A DNA stretch of 64,000 nt from an uncultured Ktedonobacterales bacterium (GTDB lineage Bacteria; Chloroflexota; DTOL01; DAOUCN01), in the NCBI GenBank assembly GCA_964402955.1, contig CAYOEZ010000003.1, positions 588-64,587 of the forward strand, in the 5' to 3' direction. Position 1 is the first letter of the stretch. Every line of letters starts with the position of its first letter. Position numbers and translations under genes: made by a program. The notes below the pieces were generated by a model that saw only the letters and a list, made by a program, of their open reading frames with translations, had not been told where the DNA came from and ran no database searches. Below, one piece after another: positions 1-9,878 of this stretch.

Positions 1-75
1 GCTCTGGAACCGGCCGTTACCGTTGTGGTTGAGGACGAGACGGGCGCGATTCCCACACCTGCGCCTGAAGCATAG
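1..75 (+). CDS. 3' end of an unidentified CDS entering from the left edge (..ALEPAVTVVVEDETGAIPTPAPEA*)
   Basis: Frame +1 is open from base 1 to TAG at 73-75. It is too short to identify. It is convergent with the next gene. Confidence 0.25.
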   Translation, partial: ALEPAVTVVVEDETGAIPTPAPEA

Positions 76-175
76 GCCAGCAGGACGGTCTGCCCGGCAG
101 CATGGTGCACCCTCCCGCCTTCGATCGTGGCAAGGTAGACGCGCCTTTCTGCTGGACAACATCTTGAGTGATGCA

Positions 176-212
176 ACAACACCGAGCACGCATCTGCGCT
201 GCTCGGTGTTGT
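176..212. terminator. Hairpin between convergent genes (12-bp stem ACAACACCGAGC / GCTCGGTGTTGT)
   Basis: Perfect 12-bp inverted repeat at 176-187 and 201-212. No U-tract on either strand. Confidence 0.35.
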
Positions 213-244
213 GCTGTCTAAGCGCATGGACACACATATGTGTC

Positions 245-1894
245 CTATTCTGCAGGGAAGAAGTGCATTTCCAGCATAATGCACAGCGCGTGGTAGAGCG
301 GCAGATGAAGTTCTTGGACGGGGCGCGCACCCCGCGCTGGCACACGCACGGCAACATCCACGAGCGGAGCGATGCGCCCGCCGTCCTGCCCAGTGAGCAA
401 AATGGTGGGCAGGCTCAGAGCCCTGGCCGTGAGCACAGCAGGGAGCACATTCACCGAGTTACCGCTCGAGCTGATTCCGATCAGAACGTCGCCCGGCCGC
501 GCCAGCGCAAGTAGCTCTTGCGCATAGCCGAGCCGGTCGGCAGCAAAGTCGTTTTGTATGGCGCTGGAGAGAATTGTGTTGGCCCCCAGCACATGCGAGC
601 GCAGGCCGCTCTGTAGATTAGCAATCAGGGGCGCGCCGCCAGCCATCTCCGCCAGACGCTGTGTCAAGAAAGCCGGCAGCGGACGGGCGCGCTCGAAGCT
701 TTTCAACAGTTCGCCGGAAATGTGCAGCGCATCGGCGAAGCTGCCTCCATTTCCGCAGAGAAAAACGGTTCCGCCACATTCCAGGCTCTGCACGAGCGTG
801 CGATAGGCGCGCAGGACATCAGCGCACACAGGCGCAAGCTCGGGGCGAGAGTCGAAGAAGTCTGCGACGTAGCGCGCAATGTCGGGTCGTAGATCGGCGC
901 CCGACGCAGGCTCAGCCGGAGGCACTGCAAAGCGCTGCTCGCCAAGCTGCTGCCGCACCAAGTGCGATAGGTTGGGAAGTGTGAGCACATGATCGCCGGC
1001 AATATGGAAGCCTTGCCCGCCCATCGATACCGGACGGTTCACGACGTTCTTGCGCGGGCGATAGTAATACTGCGGGTTGTCCGTCCCTATGCGCGAACGG
1101 TAGTCGCCCAGATCAATCAGGTCAAAGTTGGCCGTCGTAAAGGCAGCGACGCGATGGCCAAGATTGCGCGCGATCGACAGCGCCTTCAGGAACACCTCCG
1201 GCCCTGTCACGGCTGAGCCGACGTTGAGAAAAACGCCTCCTTCCAGGTCTGCCACCGAGGCCGCGAATATCTTGAAATCCTGCCCGCTGGCCCAGCCCAG
1301 TGCGCCGAAGTTGGCCGCCGGGTGCTGATCGATAATGTCCGTGCCGATGGTCTTGTGCACAGTGAACGGGATGCCCAGACGGTAAGCGGTATAGGCCACG
1401 CTCACCTCACGCAAGCGGAAACGCTCGTCGCGGGCGATCATCTCTCCCAGCGCTTCGCCGTAGCCCAGGCCGGAGCGCGCCCCGGCTTGAACGGCCTCAT
1501 TGATCAGCCGTCCCGTCTCCTCGGCCATGCCAAACGAGCCATCCTCGATGCTGGTTGGCACATCCTCGCTTGTCTCGCCGATCAAGGCCAGCTCAAAATC
1601 GTGGATTGAGCCGGCGCCGTTGGTCGCGACGTGAGTGACGACCCCGCGCTGCATCAGATCAATCAATACACGTGACAGACCGCACTTGATGACATGCGCG
1701 CCCATCATCCAGATCACAGGCCGTCCGTTGCGCCGCGCCTGCACGATGCGCCCGGCAACCTCGGCCAGGTCAGGCGAGGCAAAGGCAGGAGGCGGCGTTT
1801 CTGGCGACGCCATCTCGCTCGCTTTCACCAGGTTCTTGCGTGTCCCCAGGTGATAGGTATGAATCCCGCGCAGATCAATGGCACGAAATGGCAT
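245..1894 (-). CDS. Fusion protein: N-terminal deoxyhypusine-synthase-like domain plus C-terminal SIS (GmhA/phosphoheptose-isomerase-like) domain
   Basis: 549-aa ORF. ATG at 1894 follows a GGGGGAGA SD. The N-half has DHS-family-style motifs (GAHVIKCG, THVATNGAGSIHD). The C-half has SIS motifs (CGNGGSFADALH, GISSSGNS, LLTGQDGG). Confidence 0.8.
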   Translation of the reverse strand: MPFRAIDLRGIHTYHLGTRKNLVKASEMASPETPPPAFASPDLAEVAGRIVQARRNGRPVIWMMGAHVIKCGLSRVLIDLMQRGVVTHVATNGAGSIHDFELALIGETSEDVPTSIEDGSFGMAEETGRLINEAVQAGARSGLGYGEALGEMIARDERFRLREVSVAYTAYRLGIPFTVHKTIGTDIIDQHPAANFGALGWASGQDFKIFAASVADLEGGVFLNVGSAVTGPEVFLKALSIARNLGHRVAAFTTANFDLIDLGDYRSRIGTDNPQYYYRPRKNVVNRPVSMGGQGFHIAGDHVLTLPNLSHLVRQQLGEQRFAVPPAEPASGADLRPDIARYVADFFDSRPELAPVCADVLRAYRTLVQSLECGGTVFLCGNGGSFADALHISGELLKSFERARPLPAFLTQRLAEMAGGAPLIANLQSGLRSHVLGANTILSSAIQNDFAADRLGYAQELLALARPGDVLIGISSSGNSVNVLPAVLTARALSLPTILLTGQDGGRIAPLVDVAVRVPARGARPVQELHLPLYHALCIMLEMHFFPAE

Positions 1895-1924
1895 CGGTTT
1901 GTCTCCCCCATGTGATTATGGTCG

Positions 1925-1952
1925 ATGATAGCACGTTACACGTCGTTGTCAA
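1925..1952 (-). promoter_or_regulatory. Sigma70-like promoter for the DHS-like/SIS gene (TTGACA-16-TATCAT)
   Basis: -35 at 1947-1952 and -10 at 1925-1930 on the minus strand, about 30 nt upstream of the start codon. Confidence 0.5.
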
Positions 1953-2005
1953 GAGGGACAGAAGCATGGCGGCGTGTACGTACAAAAGAAGCGCTACCGA
2001 CAGTA

Positions 2006-2034
2006 TTGACATCCTTAACATAGCATGCTATAGT
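2006..2034 (+). promoter_or_regulatory. Near-consensus sigma70 promoter (TTGACA-17-TATAGT), ~375 nt upstream of the kinase start
   Basis: -35 at 2006-2011, -10 at 2029-2034, exact 17-nt spacer. Confidence 0.6.
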
Positions 2035-2415
2035 CGAGGCAGTGTAAGCCCTCACGATACAGAGTCCATCCATGGAGCGAGCGGCAAGGCCCCGGGGCCG
2101 GCCAGAGCGGAGAAAGCGGAGCGGTTGCAGGCTGCGTTCATCCTCGCAGATGTTGCGGGCGCGCGGCCGACGGGTCTACAGACATTACAGCCCCATGCGG
2201 CTATGCCGCACATCTTCACCTCTATGTGCTCGCAGCATCCCTCCCGATTCGTCGCCTTTGTTCGCGCGTGCGCAGGCCGGCAGGCCGCCAACCGTAGCGA
2301 CGATGCTTGTTTCTTAGAACATGAGATCAGGCGCTCCGCTGGCTCTGGGTGCCATGCTCCTACTCCAGAGCGTAATAATCGCATTCTACACAGACGTGAA
2401 AGAAGGGATGTTGGC

Positions 2416-5400
2416 ATGACACGTTCTTCGGACAAAACACGACAGGGCGCGGACACTCCTGAGGAACTACTGGCCAGCCATTGGCCCGGCGTTCGCCGGT
2501 GTATCGCCGTGTGCGCCATAGTGATGGTCTTGTACGCCCTCGCCTATCTACCGTTGAACACTCTGATCGGCAGCGGCGCTATGGCCCTTGCCCTTGTGCC
2601 GCTGCTGACCATGGCATGGCTGTTCGGGGCACGCGGTGGGATCTGCGGAGGCGCTCTGCTTGTCGTGACCAACATCGCCTTGCTTGAGCTGACCGGTCAC
2701 TCCTGGCAAGCGACCATGATAAACGACGGCTTGATTGGTTTCGTCATGATCATGCTCGTTGGCCCATCGATCGGTGTGGTGAGTGACGTGCGCCGGCGCA
2801 TGCAACGTGAGACGGACGCGCGCCAACGCACCCAGAATGAGCTTGCAGCAAGCGAAGAGCGGCTGCGTCTGGTCCTCGCAGGGAGCGATCAAGGCATCTG
2901 GGACTGGGACATGCCCAGTGGTCGCTTTCTGCTCAACGAACGAGCCGCCGAGATGCTCGGCTACGATAAGAGCCACCTCACAACCACCTTCAGGTGGGTC
3001 ATCAGGAACATGCACCGCGCTGACGTCCCCGCTCTGCGGCAGGCATTCGGAGAGCATCTGGCCGGGCGTACACCGGCCGTCGAGGTCGAATATCGCTTGC
3101 GCACGCCGTCAGGCGACTGGATGTGGATTCTCTCACGTGGCAAAGTTGTGGCAGGGGACGCACAGGGCCGGCCGCTACGCATGGCAGGCACCAACACCAA
3201 CATCACCGAACAGAAGCAGACGAAACAGGCCCTGGAGGCGTCAGAGCGCCGCTTCCGCGAGGTCATGGAAACCCTGAACCTCATCGGTCTTCTATTGGAC
3301 ACGCAGGGCACTATCACGTTCTGCAATGACTTCCTCCTGAACCTGACAGGCTGGCAACGCGACGACGTGATCGGCAAGAACTGGTTTGATCTCTTTGTGC
3401 CGTCCGACGAGAGCGCACGCCGGCGGGCAGCCTTCGTTCATTATTCCCGCACCGACGCAATTCCTCCACACATGGAAGATGACATTGTTAGCCGCTCAGG
3501 CACACGGCGCAGCATTTCATGGGACAACACCACGCAACGTGATGAACAGGGCAACGTGATTGGTACGGCCAGCATCGGCAAGGATATCACCGCTGTCAGG
3601 CGCGCCGAACAGGCGTTGCGCGAGAGCGAGCAGCGTTACCGTGCTCTGACCGATGCACTAAAGGACATGATCTTCATCGTTGACCGCGCTGACACAGTGC
3701 TCTATATCAACAAGGCCGGCGCAGAAAGCATGCACCTGCTGCCCGAGCAGATTGTGGGACAGAAACTCTCTCGCCTCTTTTCGCCTGCCACCACTGCTGT
3801 GCAGCATCGAGCGATAGAGGAGGTCATCGCAACAGGAGAGATCCAGTCATCTGAAAGCGTCTTCACTCTTGATGGCCAGGACACCTGGCACGAAAACCAG
3901 TCAATTCCGCTCAAAGATGACGCCGGCAACACGTATGCTGTCCTGGGCGTCTCGCGCGACATCTCCCAGCGCAAGCGGGTTGAGATGGCGTTGGCGCATG
4001 AACGCTATCTGCTGCATGCACTGATGGACAGTGTTCCGGATAGTATTTACTTCAAGGATGCACAGAGCCGCTTCATCCGCAACAACCTGGCGCAGGCTCG
4101 TCGTTTTGGCCTGAGTGATACGGCAGAGGTGTTGGGCAAGACAGACTTTGACTTTTTCCCTGAAGAACATGCGCGAGAAGCCTATGCCGATGAACAAGCG
4201 ATCATTCAATCTGGTGAGCCGCTTGTCGGCAAAGAGGAAAGAGCAACCGGGCCTGATGGGCGAGTAAGATGGGTCTCCACCACCAAAATGCCGCTGCGCA
4301 ACCAGGAAGGGTGCATCGTCGGAACCCTGGGCGTTTCGCGCGACATCACGGCGCGCAAGCAGGCTGAACTGGCTCTGCAGGTGGCCCTGGAGCGCTCCCG
4401 TGAGTTGACCGTGGCGGCTGAGGCCGCCAGCCGTGCCAAGGGCGAATTCCTGGCCAATATGAGCCACGAGCTACGCACGCCGCTCAATGCCATCATCGGC
4501 ATGACTGGTCTTCTGCTCAATACGGGGCTGACGCAGGAGCAACGCGAGTTTTCCGAGACGGTACGCGTCAGTGGCGAAACCCTGCTCACGTTGATCAATG
4601 ATATCCTTGATTTCTCCAAGATCGAAGCCGGCCGCATGGACTTGGAGCAACAGCCGTTCTATCTGCGCCAGTGTCTCGAGGATGCCATGGATCTGATCGC
4701 GCCGCAGGCAGCGGCGAAGAAGCTCGAGTTGGCATACAACATCGATGACGCAGTTCCTGCGGCTATCGTGGGCGATGTGACCCGTCTGCGCCAGATACTT
4801 GCCAATCTCCTCACCAATGCCGTGAAGTTTACGGAGAGGGGTGAAGTCGTTGTCACGGTGAGCGCCAAACAAACCCCAGACAAGCAGCAGGAGATTCTCT
4901 TTGCCGTCAGAGACACGGGCATCGGCATTCCGCAGCACCTCATCTCACGGCTGTTCCAAACATTCAGCCAGGTAGACGCTTCGACCACACGCAAATACGG
5001 TGGGACGGGACTGGGGCTGGCCATCAGCAAGCATATGGTCGAGATGATGGGGGGAAAGATCTGGGTGGACTCCAAGGAAGGCCAGGGGTCAAGCTTTTGC
5101 TTCACAGTCATCGTACCGGAAGCCCACCATCTTCCCGTCAGTGTGCCCGTTGGCCAGCAGCCGCAAATGGCAGGGTGCCGCGTTCTCATGGTGGATGACA
5201 ATGCGGCAAACCGCACCATCTTGAGCAAACAGTTGCAGTCGTGGGGGATGGACGTCCACGTGCATTCTGCAGCAGCGCCTGCCCTGGAGAGCATCGCGGC
5301 CGGAGACAAGTACAATCTGGCGATCCTTGATATGCAGATGCCGGAGATGGATGGCCTGGAATTGGCCGCGAACATCCGTAAGACGCCGGCAGGAAAAAAT

Positions 5401-6375
5401 CTGGCGCTTGTCATGCTCACATCCCTGGGACAGCAGGACCAGAGCATCCTCAAGACAGACTTTGCTGCCTTCATGACCAAGCCGGTTAAGGCGTCGCAAC
5501 TCTACAACACGCTTGTGACGATCCTCAGCGGCCAGGCCGCAATACCTAAGCCCGAGACAGTCGTCGTGCGCGCCGATGACGAGATCGCCAGGAACCATCC
5601 ATTACGCATCCTCGTCGCCGAAGACAACATCGTGAACCAGAAGGTGGCCATGCACATGCTGCAGCGCATAGGCTATCGGGCGGATGTTGTGTCAAACGGT
5701 GTCGAGGTCATCACAGCATTGCAGAGACAGCTCTACGACGTGGTGCTGATGGATGTGCAAATGCCGGAAATGGATGGCCTGGAAGCAACACGCCTGATTC
5801 GCGCCACCATCCCGGAGGCCCAACAGCCCCGGATCGTGGCCATGACCGCCGCAGCACAGCAGGAAGACCGCGACCGTTGTCTGGCTGCCGGAATGGACAT
5901 GTATGTCAGCAAGCCAGTCCAATTGGCTCAGTTGATCAACGCTCTGCTGAGTTGCCCGTCCCTGCAGTCGACGCAACGGACACGCCCTGAGCATAGCGAC
6001 GGTGAGGAGGCAGGGCCGGCCATTGACGAGAAAGTGCTGGGGGTGTTCGCACGCGAGATGGGATCAAGTGTCTTTTCTGCACTGGTGGCTGATGTCGTAC
6101 AACTCTATCTCGCCGATGCTCCTGGCCTACTGGAAACGATGAAGAGGGCACATGCTGAGAATGACATGTCCACACTGCAGCGTACTGCCCACACTCTCAA
6201 GTCGAGCAGCGCAACACTCGGCGCTATGACGCTCACCACTCTATGCAAGAGAATCGAGTTGCATGCCAAAGATGGCCAGATGGCTGAGGCCGGCGCCATA
6301 TTGGGCGCAGCACAAACAGAGTTCGGCCGTGTGCGCCATGGTCTGGAAGAGGTGGTCGGGAGGGCACAGTCGTGA
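2416..6375 (+). CDS. Hybrid sensor histidine kinase (4 TM, multiple PAS, HisKA, HATPase, two REC, C-terminal Hpt)
   Basis: In-frame ATG at 2416 with a GAAAGAAGGGA SD, followed by hydrophobic helices. H-box FLANMSHELRTPLN. G-boxes DTGIGI and GGTGLGL. Two DD..D..MPEMDG receiver motifs. Hpt HTLKSSS. The track ORF start at 1840 is rejected. Confidence 0.88.
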   Translation: MTRSSDKTRQGADTPEELLASHWPGVRRCIAVCAIVMVLYALAYLPLNTLIGSGAMALALVPLLTMAWLFGARGGICGGALLVVTNIALLELTGHSWQATMINDGLIGFVMIMLVGPSIGVVSDVRRRMQRETDARQRTQNELAASEERLRLVLAGSDQGIWDWDMPSGRFLLNERAAEMLGYDKSHLTTTFRWVIRNMHRADVPALRQAFGEHLAGRTPAVEVEYRLRTPSGDWMWILSRGKVVAGDAQGRPLRMAGTNTNITEQKQTKQALEASERRFREVMETLNLIGLLLDTQGTITFCNDFLLNLTGWQRDDVIGKNWFDLFVPSDESARRRAAFVHYSRTDAIPPHMEDDIVSRSGTRRSISWDNTTQRDEQGNVIGTASIGKDITAVRRAEQALRESEQRYRALTDALKDMIFIVDRADTVLYINKAGAESMHLLPEQIVGQKLSRLFSPATTAVQHRAIEEVIATGEIQSSESVFTLDGQDTWHENQSIPLKDDAGNTYAVLGVSRDISQRKRVEMALAHERYLLHALMDSVPDSIYFKDAQSRFIRNNLAQARRFGLSDTAEVLGKTDFDFFPEEHAREAYADEQAIIQSGEPLVGKEERATGPDGRVRWVSTTKMPLRNQEGCIVGTLGVSRDITARKQAELALQVALERSRELTVAAEAASRAKGEFLANMSHELRTPLNAIIGMTGLLLNTGLTQEQREFSETVRVSGETLLTLINDILDFSKIEAGRMDLEQQPFYLRQCLEDAMDLIAPQAAAKKLELAYNIDDAVPAAIVGDVTRLRQILANLLTNAVKFTERGEVVVTVSAKQTPDKQQEILFAVRDTGIGIPQHLISRLFQTFSQVDASTTRKYGGTGLGLAISKHMVEMMGGKIWVDSKEGQGSSFCFTVIVPEAHHLPVSVPVGQQPQMAGCRVLMVDDNAANRTILSKQLQSWGMDVHVHSAAAPALESIAAGDKYNLAILDMQMPEMDGLELAANIRKTPAGKNLALVMLTSLGQQDQSILKTDFAAFMTKPVKASQLYNTLVTILSGQAAIPKPETVVVRADDEIARNHPLRILVAEDNIVNQKVAMHMLQRIGYRADVVSNGVEVITALQRQLYDVVLMDVQMPEMDGLEATRLIRATIPEAQQPRIVAMTAAAQQEDRDRCLAAGMDMYVSKPVQLAQLINALLSCPSLQSTQRTRPEHSDGEEAGPAIDEKVLGVFAREMGSSVFSALVADVVQLYLADAPGLLETMKRAHAENDMSTLQRTAHTLKSSSATLGAMTLTTLCKRIELHAKDGQMAEAGAILGAAQTEFGRVRHGLEEVVGRAQS

Positions 6376-7982
6376 GTGATTACCCTGAAGCGCGGAGAAA
6401 CCTCGTCCTGGTTGTCGACGATGACCCGGTTATGCGGCGCATGGCGCGCTATGCTTTGGAAAAGGAAAACCTGCAGGTCGTCGAGGCCGTAGACGGAGCG
6501 CAAGGACTGGAGATGTTCCAGCGCCTGGCGCCCAACTTCGTCATTTTCGACGGCATGATGCCGGTGCTCGATGGTTTTTCCGCCTGCGCCGAATTGCGTC
6601 GTCTGCCAACCGGCGCATTCACTCCTGTCCTCATGGTCACAGCGCTCGACGATGAAGAATCTGTCGATCGGGCCTTCGCTGCCGGCGCGACTGATTACGT
6701 TACCAAGCCCGTACGTTGGGCGGTGTTACGCCGGCGTGTGATTCATCTGCTACAGGCCAGCCTGGTTGAGATGGTGCAGGCGCGCACGGAGGCAGTCGTG
6801 CGCCATGCCACGGATGCCATCATCACATGCAATGACCAGGGCATCATTGAATCCGCCAACCCGTCTGCAGAAAAGATCTTCTTGTGTCCTGCCAGCGAGA
6901 TGGTGGGACAGGACTTGTACCTGTTCCTGGTCGAGCAGCAGGGGTATGTTCGCAGCTTGCCCGGCGCGAGCGGGGAAGTGAGCGGCAAACGCAAAGATGG
7001 CTCCCTTGTTCCGCTTGAGTACTCGGTGAGTGAGTTCACTGCTCATGGGCAACACGTGCAGGTGCTCATCCTGCACGATATTAGCGATCGCAAGCAGGGC
7101 GAAGCTGCCCTGCGCGACAGCGAGGAACGCTACCGCTCGATCATCACATCGATGGCTGAAGGCGTCTTCGTTATTGATGAAGCAGGCCTTGTGACATCCT
7201 GCAATGCCAGCGCCGAGCGTATCTTTGGGATTTCGGCAGAGGCTTTGCGGGGACGCCCGATCGCCGACCTTGCAGAGCGGGCGATCCACGAGGATGGAAC
7301 ACCCTATCCAGTCCAGCATTGTCCGACCAGCATTACCCTCAGCAGCGGGCAGCCTCAGAACCAGGTTGTCATTGGTCTGCGTCGCCCCGATGGCGCGCTG
7401 CTCTGGCTCATGGTGAGCACGCAACCCCTGTACCAGTCGCGCGCAGATGGCCGCTTTGGGGTTGTTCTGTCGTGCCTCGACATTACCGATCGCCAGGAGC
7501 TCATGCAGAAACTGCGCTATAGCAGCACTCATGACATCCTGACCGGTCTCTACAACCGGGCCTATTTCGAGGAAGAGATGAACCGCTTGGAACACAGCCG
7601 CCAGTTGCCGGTCAGCATCGTCATGGCTGACATCGACGGCATGAAGGAAGCCAATGACGTGCATGGGCACAGCGCCGGCGATCAACTGCTCCAGTGTGCG
7701 GCGGGCGTGCTGCGCTCTGCCTTTCGCACGGAGGATGTTGTCGCTCGCGTTGGCGGCGATGAGTTCGCCGTCATTCTGCCTGCAGCAGATGAGACAGTCG
7801 CCGCGCAATCATTGCAGCGAGTTGAGCGCATTACCGGCGCATGGAACGCAGAGCATAGCGCACAACCCCTGCGTATGTCTGCAGGCGCTGCAACGGCGCA
7901 TAAAGGGCAGCCACTCATCGATGCCTGGAAACAGGCAGACGCCCACATGTACCAGGTCAAGCTCGAGCACAAGTCGCGCTAG
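6372..7982 (+). CDS. Response regulator with REC, two PAS domains and a GGDEF diguanylate cyclase domain
   Basis: GTG start overlaps the kinase stop (GTGA). REC motif VVDDD..MPVLDG. GGDEF motif RVGGDEF with upstream RxxD-type context. Confidence 0.9.
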   Translation: MSDYPEARRNLVLVVDDDPVMRRMARYALEKENLQVVEAVDGAQGLEMFQRLAPNFVIFDGMMPVLDGFSACAELRRLPTGAFTPVLMVTALDDEESVDRAFAAGATDYVTKPVRWAVLRRRVIHLLQASLVEMVQARTEAVVRHATDAIITCNDQGIIESANPSAEKIFLCPASEMVGQDLYLFLVEQQGYVRSLPGASGEVSGKRKDGSLVPLEYSVSEFTAHGQHVQVLILHDISDRKQGEAALRDSEERYRSIITSMAEGVFVIDEAGLVTSCNASAERIFGISAEALRGRPIADLAERAIHEDGTPYPVQHCPTSITLSSGQPQNQVVIGLRRPDGALLWLMVSTQPLYQSRADGRFGVVLSCLDITDRQELMQKLRYSSTHDILTGLYNRAYFEEEMNRLEHSRQLPVSIVMADIDGMKEANDVHGHSAGDQLLQCAAGVLRSAFRTEDVVARVGGDEFAVILPAADETVAAQSLQRVERITGAWNAEHSAQPLRMSAGAATAHKGQPLIDAWKQADAHMYQVKLEHKSR

Positions 7983-8101
7983 CCTGTCCGTCCATGCCAC
8001 AACAGGACGCAACTGTCCACGATTGCGGCGCGCCAAGCACTAGACAAGAATAGGGAAATCGTGTATACTAATCCCCGAAATCTACAGAAGGAGAGTATAC
8101 G

Positions 8102-8368
8102 TTGGCGAATACCAAGTCCGCGAAGAAAATGATCCGCGTGTCCGCACGGCGCCAGGCGCGCAACCAGCCCATCCGCGCCTCGCTTAAGACCAAGCTCAAG
8201 ACAGCAGTTGGATTGATTTCGACCAGTGACAGTCAGGCTCCGGCATCGGTCCTGTCAGCTATCAGTGCGCTCGACAAGGCTGCCGGCCGCGGCATCATCC
8301 ACCACAACAACGCTGCCCGGCGCAAGTCCCGTCTGATGCGCAAGCTCAACAAAATGGCTGCAGCGTAG
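8102..8368 (+). CDS. rpsT: 30S ribosomal protein S20
   Basis: MANTKSAKKMIRVSARR.. is a typical S20 N-terminus. TTG start with an AAGGAGAG SD. Confidence 0.95.
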   Translation: MANTKSAKKMIRVSARRQARNQPIRASLKTKLKTAVGLISTSDSQAPASVLSAISALDKAAGRGIIHHNNAARRKSRLMRKLNKMAAA

Positions 8369-8641
8369 GCTCACGCAGCCGGTGTGCTCGTTTGTCCCGA
8401 TCTTCCCGCTGTGGAGAGTGTGAGAAGTCTGGCGCACTCTCCACATATCGTGGAATGGCTGGAGTGCAACGCCGCACTCATCACTCTTCTGTCCCAGTCA
8501 GGAATGGAGATCATCTCTGCGCGGTCTTAATTCCTGCCTGGTCGCGAGAAGGAGGTGAGTAGACATAGCCGTTATGTTCCCGCCCATTTCGTGCCTATGG
8601 TGATAAGAGACACACAGCATACATCCACTTAGGAGGGCAAG

Positions 8642-9832
8642 ATGAAGACCCGTCGTCTGTCGTACGTGCTCGTGACCATCCTGCTTGTGGCGGCCACACT
8701 CATCAGCGCCTGTGGCGCGACGCCAACAGCAACAGCAACGCCAAAGCCGGCGCCCACCAACACCCCTGTCCCACCAACCAAGGCGCCAGCGCCAGCAGCA
8801 ACCAACACGAGTGCTCCGGCTCCTGCTGCCACAGCCGTGCCTGCAACAGCCACAAAGGCGCCCTCTGCAGCCGTCTCACCGACGGCCGGCCCAACAAACA
8901 CTCCCATTCCCATGAAGTGCGACAAGCTGCCCACCGCCTACACTGTGCCAGCGGGGCAACTGGGCGCACCCGACAAGCCGATCGTCATCACATTCGTGCC
9001 ATCGGGCGACACAGCAAAGATCACCCGTGGCGGCAACGACATGGCTGAGTGTCTGACCAAGATGACCGGCCTGAGCTACAAGATCGAAGTCGGCACCAAC
9101 TACGCAGCGTCGATCGAAGCCATGGGCGCCAACAAGGCCCAGGTCAGCTTCCTCGCCACGTTCGCTATCCTGCTTGCCCAGGCCAAGTATCAGGTCGAGC
9201 CTGCTCTCATTGCTCTGCGCAAGTACAACACCAATGCCGTTGATCCCGATAAGGCTATGGCCGGACAACTGAGCCCCTACTATAAGGGCCAGTTCATCGC
9301 CAAGAAGGATTCCGGCATCAAGAGCTTCGCCGACCTGAAGGGCAAGACCTTCTGCTTTGTCACGCCCAACTCGGCGTCTGGCGACATCATCCCGCGCATC
9401 ATCTTCAAGGCTAACGGCATTGACCCCGACAAAGATCTCAAAGCAACGCAGTATGCCGGCGGCCACGACAAAGTTGCCATCGCTGTCTATCGCGGCGATT
9501 GCGATGCTGGCGTCACGTTCGTAGACGCTCTGACCGACGCCCAGTACAATCTCAAGGCCACCTTCCCCGACATCGATGCAAAGGTCGGCGCCTTCGCTGT
9601 GAGCGATCGCATCCCGAACGACGGCCTGCAATATACCAAGGGACTCGATCAGAAGATCAAGGACATCACGACCCAGGGTCTGTTGGCAATGATGGCCGAT
9701 CCCGGTGGCAATGCCACCGTCAGGTCCGTCTACTCGTATGATGCTTTCTCAAAACTCGACAAGCCCTACTATGATGACTTCGCCGCCGTGCTGAAGAAGG
9801 CCGGTGTCGATCCCGCTACTCTGGTCAAGTAA
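8642..9832 (+). CDS. phnD: Phosphonate/phosphite ABC transporter substrate-binding lipoprotein (PhnD family)
   Basis: Lipobox LISAC followed by a Thr/Pro-rich linker. PhnD-like body. AGGAGGG SD. Followed by phnC and phnE. Confidence 0.8.
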   Translation: MKTRRLSYVLVTILLVAATLISACGATPTATATPKPAPTNTPVPPTKAPAPAATNTSAPAPAATAVPATATKAPSAAVSPTAGPTNTPIPMKCDKLPTAYTVPAGQLGAPDKPIVITFVPSGDTAKITRGGNDMAECLTKMTGLSYKIEVGTNYAASIEAMGANKAQVSFLATFAILLAQAKYQVEPALIALRKYNTNAVDPDKAMAGQLSPYYKGQFIAKKDSGIKSFADLKGKTFCFVTPNSASGDIIPRIIFKANGIDPDKDLKATQYAGGHDKVAIAVYRGDCDAGVTFVDALTDAQYNLKATFPDIDAKVGAFAVSDRIPNDGLQYTKGLDQKIKDITTQGLLAMMADPGGNATVRSVYSYDAFSKLDKPYYDDFAAVLKKAGVDPATLVK

Positions 9833-9837
9833 GCTAC

Positions 9838-9878
9838 ATCCATGGCCTGGCAGGCCTTTGGCCTGCCAGGCCATGGAT
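9838..9878 (+). terminator. Intercistronic stem-loop after phnD (perfect 19-bp stem, 3-nt loop)
   Basis: ATCCATGGCCTGGCAGGCC-TTT-GGCCTGCCAGGCCATGGAT, 6 nt after the phnD stop codon. Confidence 0.5.

Noticed and set aside
1840-2415. N-terminal 192-codon extension of the hybrid kinase ORF in the six-frame track
   Set aside because: The translation is Arg/Cys/Ser-rich and non-protein-like. It overlaps the divergent gene's start and both promoters. ATG 2416 has an SD and is followed directly by TM helices.
2040-2415. Known RNA classes for the long kinase leader (c-di-GMP-I/II, cobalamin, RNase P, tmRNA, SRP)
   Set aside because: None of the hallmark motifs I remember are present (GGCAAACC..ACGCAAAGCC, B12 box, GGAAAGTCCGG, tRNA-like ends, GGAAGCAGCC). 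It is left as an unclassified leader in the findings.
8555-8632. Small ORFs after a strong AAGGAGGTGA in the phnD leader
   Set aside because: The GTG immediately abuts the SD with no spacing, and the ATG-initiated alternative is only 9 codons. I could not support either one.
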